Below are positions 12,601-25,900 of a DNA stretch of 64,000 bases, one piece after another. The stretch is from Mizuhopecten yessoensis (taxonomy: Eukaryota), in assembly GCF_002113885.1 (NCBI RefSeq), contig NW_018403901.1, positions 162,742 through 226,741 of the forward strand, written 5' to 3'. Under the pieces are notes generated by a model. The model was given only the letters and a program-made list of their open reading frames with translations. It made no database searches and had not been told where the DNA came from. How positions within the stretch are numbered: position 1 is the first letter of the stretch; every line of letters starts with the position of its first letter. The translations under genes and the position numbers were made by a program.

Positions 12601-15600
12601 ATCACTCGTATATTTACACTGGTAAACTTCGTAAACATTAAGTCAGATTTGAAAAAAATATACATATATTTAATTTCAGGCAGCGTTCTTTCTCATCGCT
12701 CTTGGCTGGATTTTTGTACCTGTGTACGTCTCATGTGGGGTAGGTGTCATTTGTTTCACATAAAAAAATCCTATTGTATATTGAATGTCGACAATTCTTT
12801 ATGGGAATTGATATAAAATGTTAATAAAAACCATGGTACTATGTAGCGAGCCCTGTTTCATCTGTATTGTAATTATGTTTTACAACTGGAAATGTTATTT
12901 ACGGTTGTTTTAATCAAACTATTTTCTTGCACATGACACATTGATGCAATGAAACCACTTTTTCATTTGTTTACCATCAAATACCGGCCAGCACTAAAAC
13001 GGCCGCCCTTCCTGGCTTCATTGTCTGTTAAGATTATTCTACCTGTGACCTATTCATATTTGAGACTATCAGATACATCCCTTGCACAGTCAACAAATAT
13101 AGATCTTATATATAGCTTTTATATGGTCGCATATGTAATAACGACAGTATGATCCAATATCAGCACTGGATCCGAACAAATAAATGTTGGTTGGATGCGC
13201 ATTACTTAAATAGATAAATGGGCAAAGAAGTAATACTGACAGTGCAGACGAAGAAATCTGTCACATTTTCAGGGCGATCTGCCTATTGACGTATAACAAC
13301 ATAAAACAGAGAAAAACAATCACCATGAGACAATAATACAATACAAAATATTGTATCTTTTATAAATCTTATACATATCTTTTATATAGCTTATATATAA
13401 ATATTGTTTTCTATCTTTTGTTTTAAAAGGGTACAACAACCGTTCTTAATGCGAGAGCTCACTTTAACACCACGCCAGATTTAGTAATTACTTCTGTAAA
13501 TCTGTACAGTTGATACTAATTCCTATTGATGTCATCATGTAGTGGTTGTACATTACTTGTGTTCTTTAACTGTATATTGTGTATGATGCAACACCTCTAT
13601 TGATTAACCTCTCCATTGGGACGTGTTTGTTTTGTTCACCAGTCCTTTACCACTCCCCAATACTTACGGAAACGGTACGGAGGAAAGCGGATCAGAATCT
13701 ATTCATCTATCATGTCCCTGGTCGGGTACATCCTCTTCAATATCTCGGTATGTAATATTTGTCTGTAGTCGAGTATACTTTCGTCATTACATTCGTGTGT
13801 TTTTTATACATCCGGCCGGCTGATCTTGTCCAACTTGTGTGTGATCAACTGTGTTTTTGTTCTCAGTATTTTCTCAGTAGGTACCATATTACACGTACCC
13901 TACATTCACTAGTTTTTATCCATTTTGTCTTTGAATTGATGTATTTTCGATATATCGGTAAATACTGCATCGTTGACGCAATGTCCCTCGTCGGTATGGT
14001 TCACTTTGATAGTTTTTTAAGTATCCTTACTTCACACCAGATAGTTATCAAATGATTTCTTTTTACGTTAAAATCAAAAATATGTCAATTTATATTTCGA
14101 AAGTCATGCCTTGACAATAGATTTTGAAACATGTTGTCGTTAGCTCATGAAACAAAATGTTAAGTCTAACTTTTGTTACAATGTATTTCCAATTTCCCCA
14201 ATGATCATCTACTAGCTTTTATCATCCCCCACTTATTGTCATGTTTCACACATTGTCGTCTCTAGGTAGTGACATCACTCACTTAATGACAACTTCCACT
14301 TATTTTTAGCTCCAACTTATTGACGTTTTCTACTTTTTATTTGTTTTTAGATTGAAATTTTTACTGGTGCCATGTTCCTGCAGCAAATCCTGGGGTGGAA
14401 TCTCTACCTCAGTGTGGTTATCATACTTACTGTGACGGCCATTTTCACCATTGTCGGTAACTATAAACTCTTAAAGTTTTGTCGCATTACCTTATACAAC
14501 ATTTGTAACTTATCTCACTTCACAACACTCTTGGGCGTCAACTACAAAAACGACATCCCTTATAGCAAACTAAAACTTTGAGCGAAGAGAAAGCCATCCA
14601 GTAAACGTTTATTTGAACCATGCAGTTTGAACACTTTAACCAGACCTTAATCAAGGAAAAAACGAAGATAAAATGACACGAATATTCATATCGATGTCGC
14701 CATACCACTTTGTGATAATTGTTTCTAGCGGAATATGTGTGCAATTACTAGCACAATGTATGTTATAACCACTACGATAACATCTGAAGTGTACCGAGTA
14801 GAACGTTAAACAGTATGCGGTAGTGACCATTAAATTAAATTGGACTGTGTGTCCATGCATACTTGGATATAAATTTGTATGTATGGGCATGAACTAATTA
14901 AGCAGATGATAGGTAGGCTATCTATTCTTGAAGGTTAAGTTCAATTTGGCTGTTATCATGCTTAAGTCCTTAGGTACATTCGTATATGAACTATTCGTAA
15001 ATGTTATCTTAAAAAATGTAGTATCCTCTTTCGAAACATAGTGTTCCTTTAAACTAAATTGTAATTATTTAATCCGTTTGTTTTAAGCACGGTTGTGTTC
15101 AAGCTGTGTAGAAAAAAGGAATATTGAATGATAACATATAATGATATGTACATTTGTTCAATTGTAAACAAAACACTGCATCTGCCATTACTTTACATCG
15201 TATCTTACTGGGTGTATTTGCATTTCTTTTGTTTCATTGGCTATACAATCAGAATTTCAAAACAACATTCAAAACAACATTCAAAACAACATCCCTTCTG
15301 TTGAATGTATGATAATTAAACACCAATATATGCATATAATATATATAAGCTTCCGATTTATGAATATTTTTGTTGTATTATTGATGGAAATAATATCAAA
15401 GACATAAACAAGTGTCATCACACACTGGTATATACATATCAAAAACAGGAAATGTTAGTATATAAAGCATTGCTTCCTAGAGTTGCTTTAGATGTACATG
15501 TATAGTGTAAATACTGCACAGTGTACATATTACATCAAAACATTACCACAGTATATTGCTACTCAAAAACAGCGGAAGGTACATGCTACAGTAACACACT

Positions 15601-18600
15601 AGAACGATACAACGCAATTAAAAGTAAGATATGTAGATTGATACATAGATAAGTTTGTCAATCAACACGCATTCGACACAAAACGAGCATACATTTTGAC
15701 TTCTTTTGTTATTTTTAATATTAATCAATTAATTAATTTATTTATTTCCAATTCAACAGACCCAAGGGTCCACTTACAGAATGGATAACAACATTTCAAC
15801 ACAAGTGTAACAAATCACAGTCAGTTATTCATGTAACACACATTAAAAGATACTCATATGTAAAGCAAAAGGAATTAGTGATACCAAATATTCTTTAACC
15901 GTACTTTGAACTCGGCGAGAGAGGAACGAAACATACCACAGTCTGGAGTTAAAATCACTATCAACACATTTGTAAAGAAATACACAGTCTAAATAATAAC
16001 CCAGGTATGTGGTTTCCTGGGTACGATGATTTACTCTGGTTACTCTCACTGCTAGGGCTGTAAAATATTACTTTCTATTACAGGTGGTCTTGCTGCAGTT
16101 ATCTACACAGACACGTTACAGACAGTTGTACTTATTGTTGGTGCTACCATTCTCTTTGTTACGTGTAAGTCATTGTCACATAACCTCAATGAGTAAACTG
16201 CTTTCAGATCGCAAACGGAATTTCTTGTGTTCGTGTTATGACTGTGTATATGATAACCGCCAAACATGTGTATACATATCGGTAGACACATTTGCCAACT
16301 GATAAAGCAAAACCCTTTGTCGATGGTCCTTTTGTCTAAACACTATTATTGATAATTATAGTATAGATACAGCAGAAAAGTATTTAAAAAAAATATTTTG
16401 TACTATTATTTAAATAAGACTCACATGGATTGTTTTCAGCTTGGGTAGATGTTGGTGGATGGGAAGCAATACACGACAAGTACATGACGTCAGCAGCTAA
16501 CTACACGCTTACAAACACATCGTTATACTCATGTGGCCTACCGAGACAGGATTCATTTCATATTGTGCGTGATGCTGTCACGGGAGATATCCCCTGGCCA
16601 GGTGCTCTTTTGGGACTATCCACCTTGGGCATGTATGTCTGGTGTCAAGATCAGGTAACTCTCAAGGTCTAACATGGACATGTGTTTATAGTGTAAGTTT
16701 CTCGTGTAATTCTCTTGGGTAACGGCAATTGCAGTAAGGTGGTCGGGTGTTTGTGGATGGTGCTTTCACCTTCGGCCAAGATGACAAAGAATCTTGCCCT
16801 CGATCTGTCGTGTATACATGTAGTTATGGGATCATCAGGTCGATCGGCCGTGTATACATCAAGTTATGGGGTTATCAGGTCGATCGGCCGTGTATACATC
16901 AAGTTATGGGGTTATCAGGTCGATCGGCCGTGTATACATGTAGTTATGGTGTTATCAGGTCGATCGGCCGTGTATACATGTAGTTATGGGGTCATCAGGT
17001 CGATCGGTCGTGTATACATGTAGTTATGGGGTCATCAGGCCCATCACGTGGGTTTAATCCGGATACTCTGTTTTTTTTCTTACATCAAGATTTGTTTTTG
17101 TAAAGTTGTCAATAAAGTGCCATTTAATTTTTAAAAGTAACGTTTGTATAGGTTAACAATTGTAGGATTTCATGCATGTTTGTTTCTGTAACAGGTAACG
17201 TTGATGTACTATAGTATTAAATTATCATTGAAAATGCTTAATGCCGCTTTTAAGATCACAAAATTGAATCGTTATCAATTTCTGCATTTGTTAATTGCTA
17301 TTTCCACAGCTTATTGTACAGAGGTGCTTGTCGGCCAGGAACATGAACCACTCCAAAGGGGGAGCATTGCTTGGTGGTTTGCTGAAACTTACCTCTTTTC
17401 TCATGTTCGTTATTCCCGGGATGGTCAGCCGGATTAAATACCCACGTACGTACATGATTAAATAGCTTAAACCTACAGAAATAAGCATTTTAAGATACAT
17501 TTATGTATACTAAGGAAAAACGAAAGCTCTTAAATATCTATGTACCTTATATACACAGTGAAAATACTGCTTGTGTTTTAATATGAAATCTTCCTGCTTT
17601 ATTTAGCCCTCAAGTGACTGATTTTTTGTGTTTCATGTGATCAAACTATATTTACAGAGGAAGTTGCATGTGCAGACCCCGACAAATGTTTTGAGATTTG
17701 TCAAAATAGGGCTGGTTGTTCAAATCTGGCTTACCCACTGCTCGTCCTACGTATTCTACCAGAAGGTATGCACTTAACGTTACAAAACACGTCATTTAGG
17801 TAAACAAACACACACTAACTACGTCATTGCACATTTAGATACTAATAAACCACAATAATTAACAATAGAGAACAAAGCAATGTCGGCGCAATTATAGTGA
17901 TTAAGTTTAGCAACATTTAAATTGATCCCGTTTGTTTATAAACGTTTGATTTACCTTTTTGAGGTATTCGGGGCCTGATGTTGGCTGCGTTACTAGCGGC
18001 GTTGATGAGCTCTCTGACGTCGATATTGAATAGTGCCAGCTCTGTGATAACGTTAGACGTATGGCGCATGTACAGGAAGAATGCCAAGGAAACGGAACTG
18101 ATGATAGTGGGTAGAGTTACGGTGCTGATCCTCGTTGTCACCAGTATCCTGTGGTTACCAGTCATGGAGAAGGTCCAGGGAGGACAGTTCTGGTCATACA
18201 TGCAGTCCATCAGAAGCTACCTCATCCCTCCATGGTGTATACTGTTCGTTCTAGGAGTATTCTGGAAACGTACAACGGAAGCGGTAAGCCATCCTATTAA
18301 GATGATACATTGTAGCTTGTTCTTGTCAAATATTTAAAGTCACGTCTCTTCTGCCTACCCTTTCCCCGTGGAATATCATTAGAATGAGGAGTTATCAAAA
18401 CACTGTAGCACTTTCTCTGATTCTGATCGTCAGAAACAGTTTGTAAATAACTATTAGCCGTACCGGATTGGTGCATTCCATACCTTGTCACAATCTGCTT
18501 TAGTAAGTTTTCATACACTTCAAACATGTTTAAGTTTAAAACTAAATACAGAATATTCTTTCAAAATTTACTCGATAAAAAAGACTTATTTAACAATAAC

Positions 18601-20832
18601 AAAGGCCAGATAGTCGGATCGGTACACTTCGTGGTTTATCAACTTCAGCTATCACAAGTCTTTGCGACACCAGGACACACATGGATAACGAATGAAAGTT
18701 ATTTCCCTTAGCATGCGCGTCTTAATATTAATACACAAGCCTAGCTCAGACTTCTAAACTAATGGACTGAAATCGCGAAATAGAAAGTTAAAACCTTGTA
18801 ATCAACCAATGAAACCCGCTATTGTTGTTTGAGCATGAAAAACATACAGGTGAAATAAAGTAAATTTTAAACGCAGTTGAAAAGATTTAGGAAAATCAAC
18901 AAGCTTTTCATTACACGGACGGAAACTTGCTTATTGCGTGAAACATCAGTATCCACGCATACATGTTTAGCATAAACGTATACCTGTAGCATAAACGTAT
19001 AACTGTAGCATAAACGTATACATGTAGCATCAACGTATACCTGTAGCATACACTTATACCGGTAGTAAAAACCTAAGCATTTACCTGTAAACAGTTTTTT
19101 TGCTATGTATGAGAGTAACTTTTACCAGATTGACAATGTTCTAAAATAGGAAAGGTTTTGTTTTATGAAAGATTAAGACACATTACAGTCGGCAACATGA
19201 CCTGGTACAAAGCTACGGACATTTTTGTGTCTACCTTGTTCAGTGTGTCTTTTATCGTTGATGTTCTGCAAGCACTCCTAGATTTGACGGTGGTTATGAT
19301 ACCGGTTGCTATATGGTGCCGGGAATTATATTTCTGGAGCTCTTGGTGAACCATATGCTTTTTAGGTTCAATAGTGTCTATTTTTGTGGGTCTCCTAGAG
19401 TTTTGTTGAATCCGCTGTGATTTCTTTCTTGTGTTGAAACAATGGTATATTATGTTTTTTAGTTTATACTGCACGATTTAAAAGAAGTCTTGTAATAGTG
19501 TTGTTTCACATTTTAAAGGGAGTGTTCTGGGGTCTGATTATATGTCTGGTGATCGGGGTCATAAGATTGGTGTTGGACTTTATATACTTACCGCCGAACT
19601 GTGGCAGCGGTGAAGCGGATACCAGACCCGACATCGTCACTAAAGTCGATTTTCTCCACTTCGCCACCATCTTGGCTGTCATCGCTACCATTGTGATGGT
19701 GGTTATAAGCCTTTTAACTGAACCAAGACCGGAACGAAAGGTAACTTTCCTTTTCCGGTTATTGCATAACATGGAAGTCTATAGTTTTCATTCTGATAAG
19801 AATTATTTATGTTACCTTAAAACATATTACAGTCCAATACTTAGAAATATATTGCTCAGCAATATCATAGGAACTTAATATGAAATTAATAAGTATTAAT
19901 TACCAAACTTCTGTTTCAGTATGAAAGAGGTGGTTTTAAAAGTACAGTGATTTATAAGATACACATTTCTTTCTATAAAAAACATATTTATCCTTAACGT
20001 TTCATGTTCATTTGGTAGTTTTCAGGAAAGAATAATGAAGTTTTATTCTGTTATTTTAGCTGCGTCGTGTAACGTTTTGGACAAGGAACGATCCTTTAGA
20101 ACCAGAATTAGACTCGGAGGATGATGAAATGGAGGAGGAGGAAGAGGATCCACAAAAGGAGGCAACAGAGGATGCAACAGGTAAACATTGGCAGTGTTAT
20201 GATATATAAATTCATTGTTTTTCATTATGTTAATCAGAACAACATCAATGCTTATATTACATGTACTACCCTATAGAAATTGTTATAGGTATCATTAACT
20301 GAACTTTATGAACAGTTTTGAAAAAGGCCTGGACATTTTTGAATAATTGCTCATAAGTGCAACATTGATTAGATTAATTATTTGGATGATGTAAGACAAG
20401 CGTATAAACGAACAGTAACTATCACGTTTCTAATGTATTTCGCCTGTTTACGGTAAAATTCTGTCTACAAGGAAAAAGTACAATGTATTTCATTTGACAA
20501 TTACAACGTCGCACACTTGAATAAATATTATGAAGAATTAGTGAAATATATGCGACTTATAGCAACTCGTACTTTGTGAAAATGTGTAATGATGTGCTAT
20601 ATAAAGTTCAATCTACATTTTAGGTGCTGTAGGAAACTTCAAGAAATACTGTTACAACTGGGTCTGTGGAACAACAGAAATCCCCAAACAAAAACTAACG
20701 CCGGAACAGAAACGTGTTCTCAGGGCGAAATTAACATCTATACATCAGACAAAATTCTGGAGGAAGACACTGAATGCGGGCGCAATAGTGGTTTCAACAT
20801 TTACTGTATTTCTCATAGGATTTTTCTATTGA
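9700..20832 (+). CDS. SLC5/SGLT-like sodium:solute symporter, paralog B (complete, 14 coding exons, about 645 aa)
   Basis: Exons 9700-9777, 10652-10723, 11739-11843, 12680-12739, 13643-13747, 14351-14456, 16084-16164, 16440-16654, 17310-17445, 17658-17765, 17964-18283, 19519-19740, 20060-20180, 20624-20832. All are GT-AG with compatible phases; total 1938 nt. Motifs include [68 protein letters not shown] and [10 protein letters not shown]. Confidence 0.96.
15722..16050 (-). mobile_element. 5'-truncated non-LTR retrotransposon (LINE) 3' end in SLC5-B intron 6
   Basis: 15778-15935 is nearly identical to 41091-41248, the 3' end of the RT-bearing LINE. It shares the LDCVF peptide and ends in an (AAAT)n-like tail on the minus strand. 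Confidence 0.75.
16735..17090 (+). mobile_element. Decayed tRNA-derived SINE containing an internal 40-bp tandem array (about 6 copies, 16800-17040)
   Basis: A-box-like head GGTGGTCGGGTG. Unit TCAGGTCGATCGGCCGTGTATACATGTAGTTATGGGGTTA. It is followed by CACGTGGGTTTAATCCGGATACTCTGTTTT, resembling the SINE central motif GGTTTTCTCCGGGTACTCCGGTTT. Confidence 0.55.
18965..19090. repeat. 19-bp minisatellite (TGTAGCATAAACGTATACC, about 6 copies)
   Basis: Direct tandem copies in the middle of SLC5-B intron 11. Confidence 0.75.
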
Positions 20833-21536
20833 GGTCATCAAGACATATAAATACAGACTAAGGTCAATTGCAATATATTGGTCATGTTATGTGAAATACG
20901 TTTTTTAGAAACAATACCATATCAAGGAAACAGTATTTGTAACATTTTTGTCACAATCACTTTTGTATATAGAGTTAGGGCAGGAGAAATGGTATGTGCT
21001 GCCATGTTTACCATTGGTTAGTTACGCTAGGAATTCACAATATTTGCTAGTCAGTGATTGATATTGTAACCGCTTTGAATCGGATGTTTTACTTTTTATA
21101 TATTTTTTCAATTATCTGTATGGTTAAATGAACAGTCTTCGATTGTATGTTATGTTACTTAAGATTGAACAAACCCCCGTGTTTGATATGTAATACGGAT
21201 ATGTTGTTAAAATGCTGAACATTTGCTGCGTCAGCTTGGTCATTTATAAAACATGAAAGCTTATGAATATTTAAAGAAAGTAAGTGACATTAAAGCATGT
21301 AAATCGTTTTAACACAACTAATTGTTAGGAAATTAAACATTATATCTATTATTACATCTTAAAACAACGTGTCTGATTGGATGGTACTGGTCACATGACG
21401 GAACAATAAAACAGTTTATTATACCTTCTGTTAAAATCTCGTAATCTGATTGGTTGAGAAAGATGTGAACATTTCCAATGTTACTTGCTCGTTTTACAAA
21501 GATAAAGAAGACAGGGTGACATTCCAAAAAATATCA

Positions 21537-21650
21537 CATGCGCCAAACGTATGCGTGCACGGTTCGTCCCAGTACCAGGGTGTTATTCCAAAAATTGTTA
21601 CATGCGCCAAACGTATGCGTGCACGGTTCGTCCCAGTATCAGGGTGTTAT
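21537..21650. repeat. About 62-bp direct tandem duplication
   Basis: ACATGCGCCAAACGTATGCGTGCACGGTTCGTCCCAGTA(C/T)CAGGGTGTTAT occurs twice. Confidence 0.85.
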
Positions 21651-21783
21651 CAAATCACATTCATGGTTGGTTCATTCGACAATTGTTGAGATGAAGTCTT
21701 GGTTTATGTCAAATCAACACAAGGACCTTTAAAAATGGTGAAGTGGTGAAACACCTAAACATGACACTCGGTATAATAAAATA

Positions 21784-21920
21784 AAAATCCCGTTCATGAG
21801 AGGGCGATATTGCATATTTTCACCCCTCGGAAAGCATTGTTGACCTTGGCTTCGTCTCGGTTAACAATGTTTCCTTGGGGTGAAAATATGCAATATCGCC
21901 CTCTCATAAATGGGATATTT
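21784..21920. repeat. Long inverted repeat (about 137-bp hairpin), probably the end of a non-autonomous fold-back element
   Basis: The perfect 31-bp arm ATGAGAGGGCGATATTGCATATTTTCACCCC pairs with GGGGTGAAAATATGCAATATCGCCCTCTCAT; the inner stem continues to a GGCTTCGTCT loop. Confidence 0.85.
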
Positions 21921-24510
21921 ATATAAGGTCGCACCCATGCGCTCTATCCCCCTGTCACAATTCTCTTATTAGTAGCTTCACTAGAAAATTGGCAAAATAC
22001 ACCATAACCTAGTTCCGAATGACGGAGCTAAATGACACTAACCTCTACTATTGGGTGGGTGTTTTTTTCGGCATTACTGAAATGTTTATTGTTCTTTCAG
22101 TATGGAATAAAGATTCTTTGTTTCTCCTTTTTAAGTCTTGTTTCACTTGGTCTTCGCTTCTGTGAAACATGATCAACCTCGGAGGATAAAACAATCGTGT
22201 TTCCCTTCAGTAAGTGCAATACACGCATAAAATGTCCTTAACATATAAGGTCACGCAGTGGTCGGTTTCTCTTCCAATAGTTATGAAGAAGCATACTAGT
22301 TGGTTGTTGCCATAGGATGAATCCATTCATATCATAGAAAAAAATATCCCGGTATTTCATGAAGTTTTTGTAAATGCGAAACATGAGACCAACTTTAAAA
22401 AGTTAACAATGCGGATTGAATATCATTTATATATAATTCAGCGTATCTGAATGGATTATATTCACCATATGGCAGGGAATGAAAAGTCATACTGATCTCA
22501 TTCAGGACTTAAATATTAACAAGGATAATCACACATGACCTCCGCCTGACTGACGCGACAGGAGTAGACAGCAACAAAGGGGCGCGTGTTTTACTTCTGT
22601 ATAATAAAATACATATTGCCATTGTTTAAATGAATCATAGTTCTTTAGTTGTCCTCGATTTCGTCGTCGGTAAACGTGACTAATCGAGGAGAAATAAATA
22701 TTCCGATATAAAGACATATGTTGGCTCACAAGAACACATTGACATAAGACCAGACGACTACAAGAAGGTCATATATGAAGCGCCGGAAAGTGGACCAATT
22801 TGTTTTGTGTACCAGCTTCATAAGTTTATATAACGTGCTAACACAAATCCATAAGCTCGGGATCGTTCCAATTTTTGCCGTCGAGTGAGTTGTGCTCTGT
22901 CGGGTTAATCATTCTTACAAATGTAATGCATTATAAATTTGGTTTTGTACAATATTAAGATCCCTTTGAAAAGGCATGAGTGGGTGCATGTCATGCGATA
23001 GCCTCTGGTTACCTGTACTTGACATGGATATTCCGTCTTTGCGTATTGCAGAGTTATCTTCTCTTGTGAGCAAGTATTGATTGTTACGTCATTTGTTTGT
23101 GAGAGTAACGTCATCAATTTTTGAGTAAACGACGTATTTTTTTCACACAAACCAATGACGTAACAATCAATACCTGCTAACAAGAGAAGATAACTTTGCA
23201 ATACGCAAAGACGGAATATACCATACATAAGCGGTCCGTGGAATGGGTCCTTTGTGTACATGATTACATGATTGAGATTTGATTCCATAAACGAACAACA
23301 ATCAATTTAAAATTTTGGATATTTTTGTTTATCCGGACTTGTTTTTAAATCATAATCATCATTTTTGATATATGTAAAGGGATATAGGTCGATTGTGTAA
23401 ATTGTATCCCCAATCAGTTCCGTTTTTTTAAGAAAGACAACTCTCTTCAGATCAAAATTATTGTAAAATGTAAAATTAATGAATAATATAGCCTTTGTGT
23501 ATGTTTTGTTCAATTTTTCAATCTTTTTGTATGAAACTATGTCTTGTTTGTTCTAAGCATGTACATATTCACTTTTAACCATCCAATTGCATTACAAAAC
23601 ATTTTGTATAACGATTTTTTATATATTTATTGTTATAGATACAAACGAGGCTACACTAAAAAAAAATGAAATTCAATTGACGAAACTCAATTTTTTAGGT
23701 ATTTTTTTCCAAAACAAGTCCCTAGTCTATTGGAATACTTACAATTACATAAAAGAATCTCGTCATAGTTGCGTAACCATTATTTGAATGTTTTAACGAA
23801 TTTGTGCTGATACAATGTAACTTGCGAAAGGGTGTAACCTCCTAAAATGCGTTTCGTTTTTATTTTCGTTACAGCAATAACAGCAACAAAAATGTAGTTA
23901 TTTTACTGTTCGAATTATTTTGACACGTCATAAACATTAAATGTAGTATATCGTTATTCAGCATAATATCTCGCTTTCAAAATATGTTTGTATATACCTT
24001 CAGTGCATTCATACATGTATGTACTCAATAGGCAGATGAGAGGACTTTACAAGTATCTGGCTCGTGAGACTTAAGTAGTATTTTGTTCATAGTGCTCATA
24101 AACAAATGTATTGACTTGGAGATATGTATTGTCGATGAAATAAAGCACCTGACAAATACGTTTATTGTAACAAAAATAGTCCGTATGTAGCAATATCTCC
24201 TAAATACAGACTTCGTTTATCAATTGGTACTGAAATCAAAGTCGGGTTGATTAGTGCTTTTACGGTTAATAGCTATCAATAAATGTTTAAAAACGATATT
24301 TTATGTTCTCTTTATATTCTGTAAATTATTTACGTTCAACAAAATCCTTGTATTAACGTTTTAAATAGTCTTACAATTTGGTTCGAAATTAATTCTGTCC
24401 TGATCATGTCTTTTTCATTATTTTTTCCGGTCCACATCTTCCTGTCTTGTCAGTGGGTAAATACAAAGATAAATTTGTTATTCATGACATTCTTCATTCA
24501 TTGATGTAGC

Positions 24511-25130
24511 AAATCTAACAATCATAACACTAAATCTAACAATCATAACACTAAATCTTACAGTCATAACACTAAATCTAACAATCATAACACTAAATCT
24601 AACAATCATAATACTTAATATAACAATCATAACACTAAATCTAACAATCATAACACTAAATCTAACAATCATAACACTAAATCTTACAATCATAAAACTA
24701 AATCTAACAATCATAACACTAAATCTTACAATCATAACACTAAATCTAACAATCATAACACTAAATCTTACAATCATAACACTAAATCTNNNNNNNNNNN
24801 NNNNNNNNNNNNNNNNNNNNNNNNNNNNNNNNNNNNNNNNNNNNNNNNNNNNNNNNNNNNNNNNNNNNNNNNNNNNNNNNNNNNNNNNNNNNNNNNNNNN
24901 NNNNNNNNNNNNNNNNNNNNNCACTAAATCTAACAATCATAACACTAAATCTAACAATCATAACACTAAATCCAACAATCATAACACTAAATCTAACAAT
25001 CATAGCACTAAATCTAACAATCATAACACTAAATCTAACAATCATAACACTAAATCTAATAATCATAACATTAAATCTAACAATCATAACACTAAATATA
25101 ACAATCATAACACTAAATATAACTTTAAAT
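24511..25130. repeat. 21-bp minisatellite (AAATCTAACAATCATAACACT)n interrupted by an assembly gap (24790-24921)
   Basis: Highly homogeneous tandem copies on both sides of the N-run. Confidence 0.95.
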
Positions 25131-25900
25131 CACTATATTTCAACTTATAGGATGAATGTATCTTCGAGTTTTGTTCACACACGTATTTAAAAAGAAGGTG
25201 ATAGTATGCATTGTTTTAATACATCAGAGCTGACAAATTCTAAGTTATAAAACATGCTTTAATTCATAAACTAAGCCAATAATCATAGTCATAAAAATGG
25301 ACGAAATCGTGAGATTACTTTAGGTTACTGCGAGGATGGAGGAATAAAAGTAAGTTTTCGAATTGATTGGTAGATTTTACATTTGATGATATGATTGATG
25401 TTTCATCCCATCAATGAACATTTTTGTATTGTCACCCAAAAATGAAAACTCGATATGAACGTCAGACGGAAGATTATGCAATTAATCTGATAAGGTTTTA
25501 ATCATATTCATAACCTTCTTTGTAAAAGTCTTAATTAAAAAAAAAGAAAAAAAAATCGATAATAAAATTAATCCAACTACATACCGATAAATAATAAGTT
25601 TTAACATTTTTTGTTAAGAGTTCAACACTATTTATTTTCAACACTTTCTATTGCAGGGTAAAAACCTTATTCCAGCAGAATAAAAGGTTAAAAGCTGTTT
25701 ACATCGAATTATCGTTTCAACTACTAAAACTAAATTTGATATTTGTTTTGAATTTGTTTCGAATCAAGGAACAGAGCCATGAGCATACATACGACACTCT
25801 AAAAGTATACGGAGACGTAATTAGATACACAAGGTTAGAATGGGTTTAACACCTGTTTCGCTAATATACTACAGTATCTGACCTAATACTGCCACAATTT

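Noticed and set aside
16800-17040. 40-bp array as a donor-seeded repeat (contains TCAGGT like the exon-8 end)
   Set aside because: It starts about 150 bp into the intron, similarity to the exon is limited to ATCAGGT, and the flanks look like a SINE.
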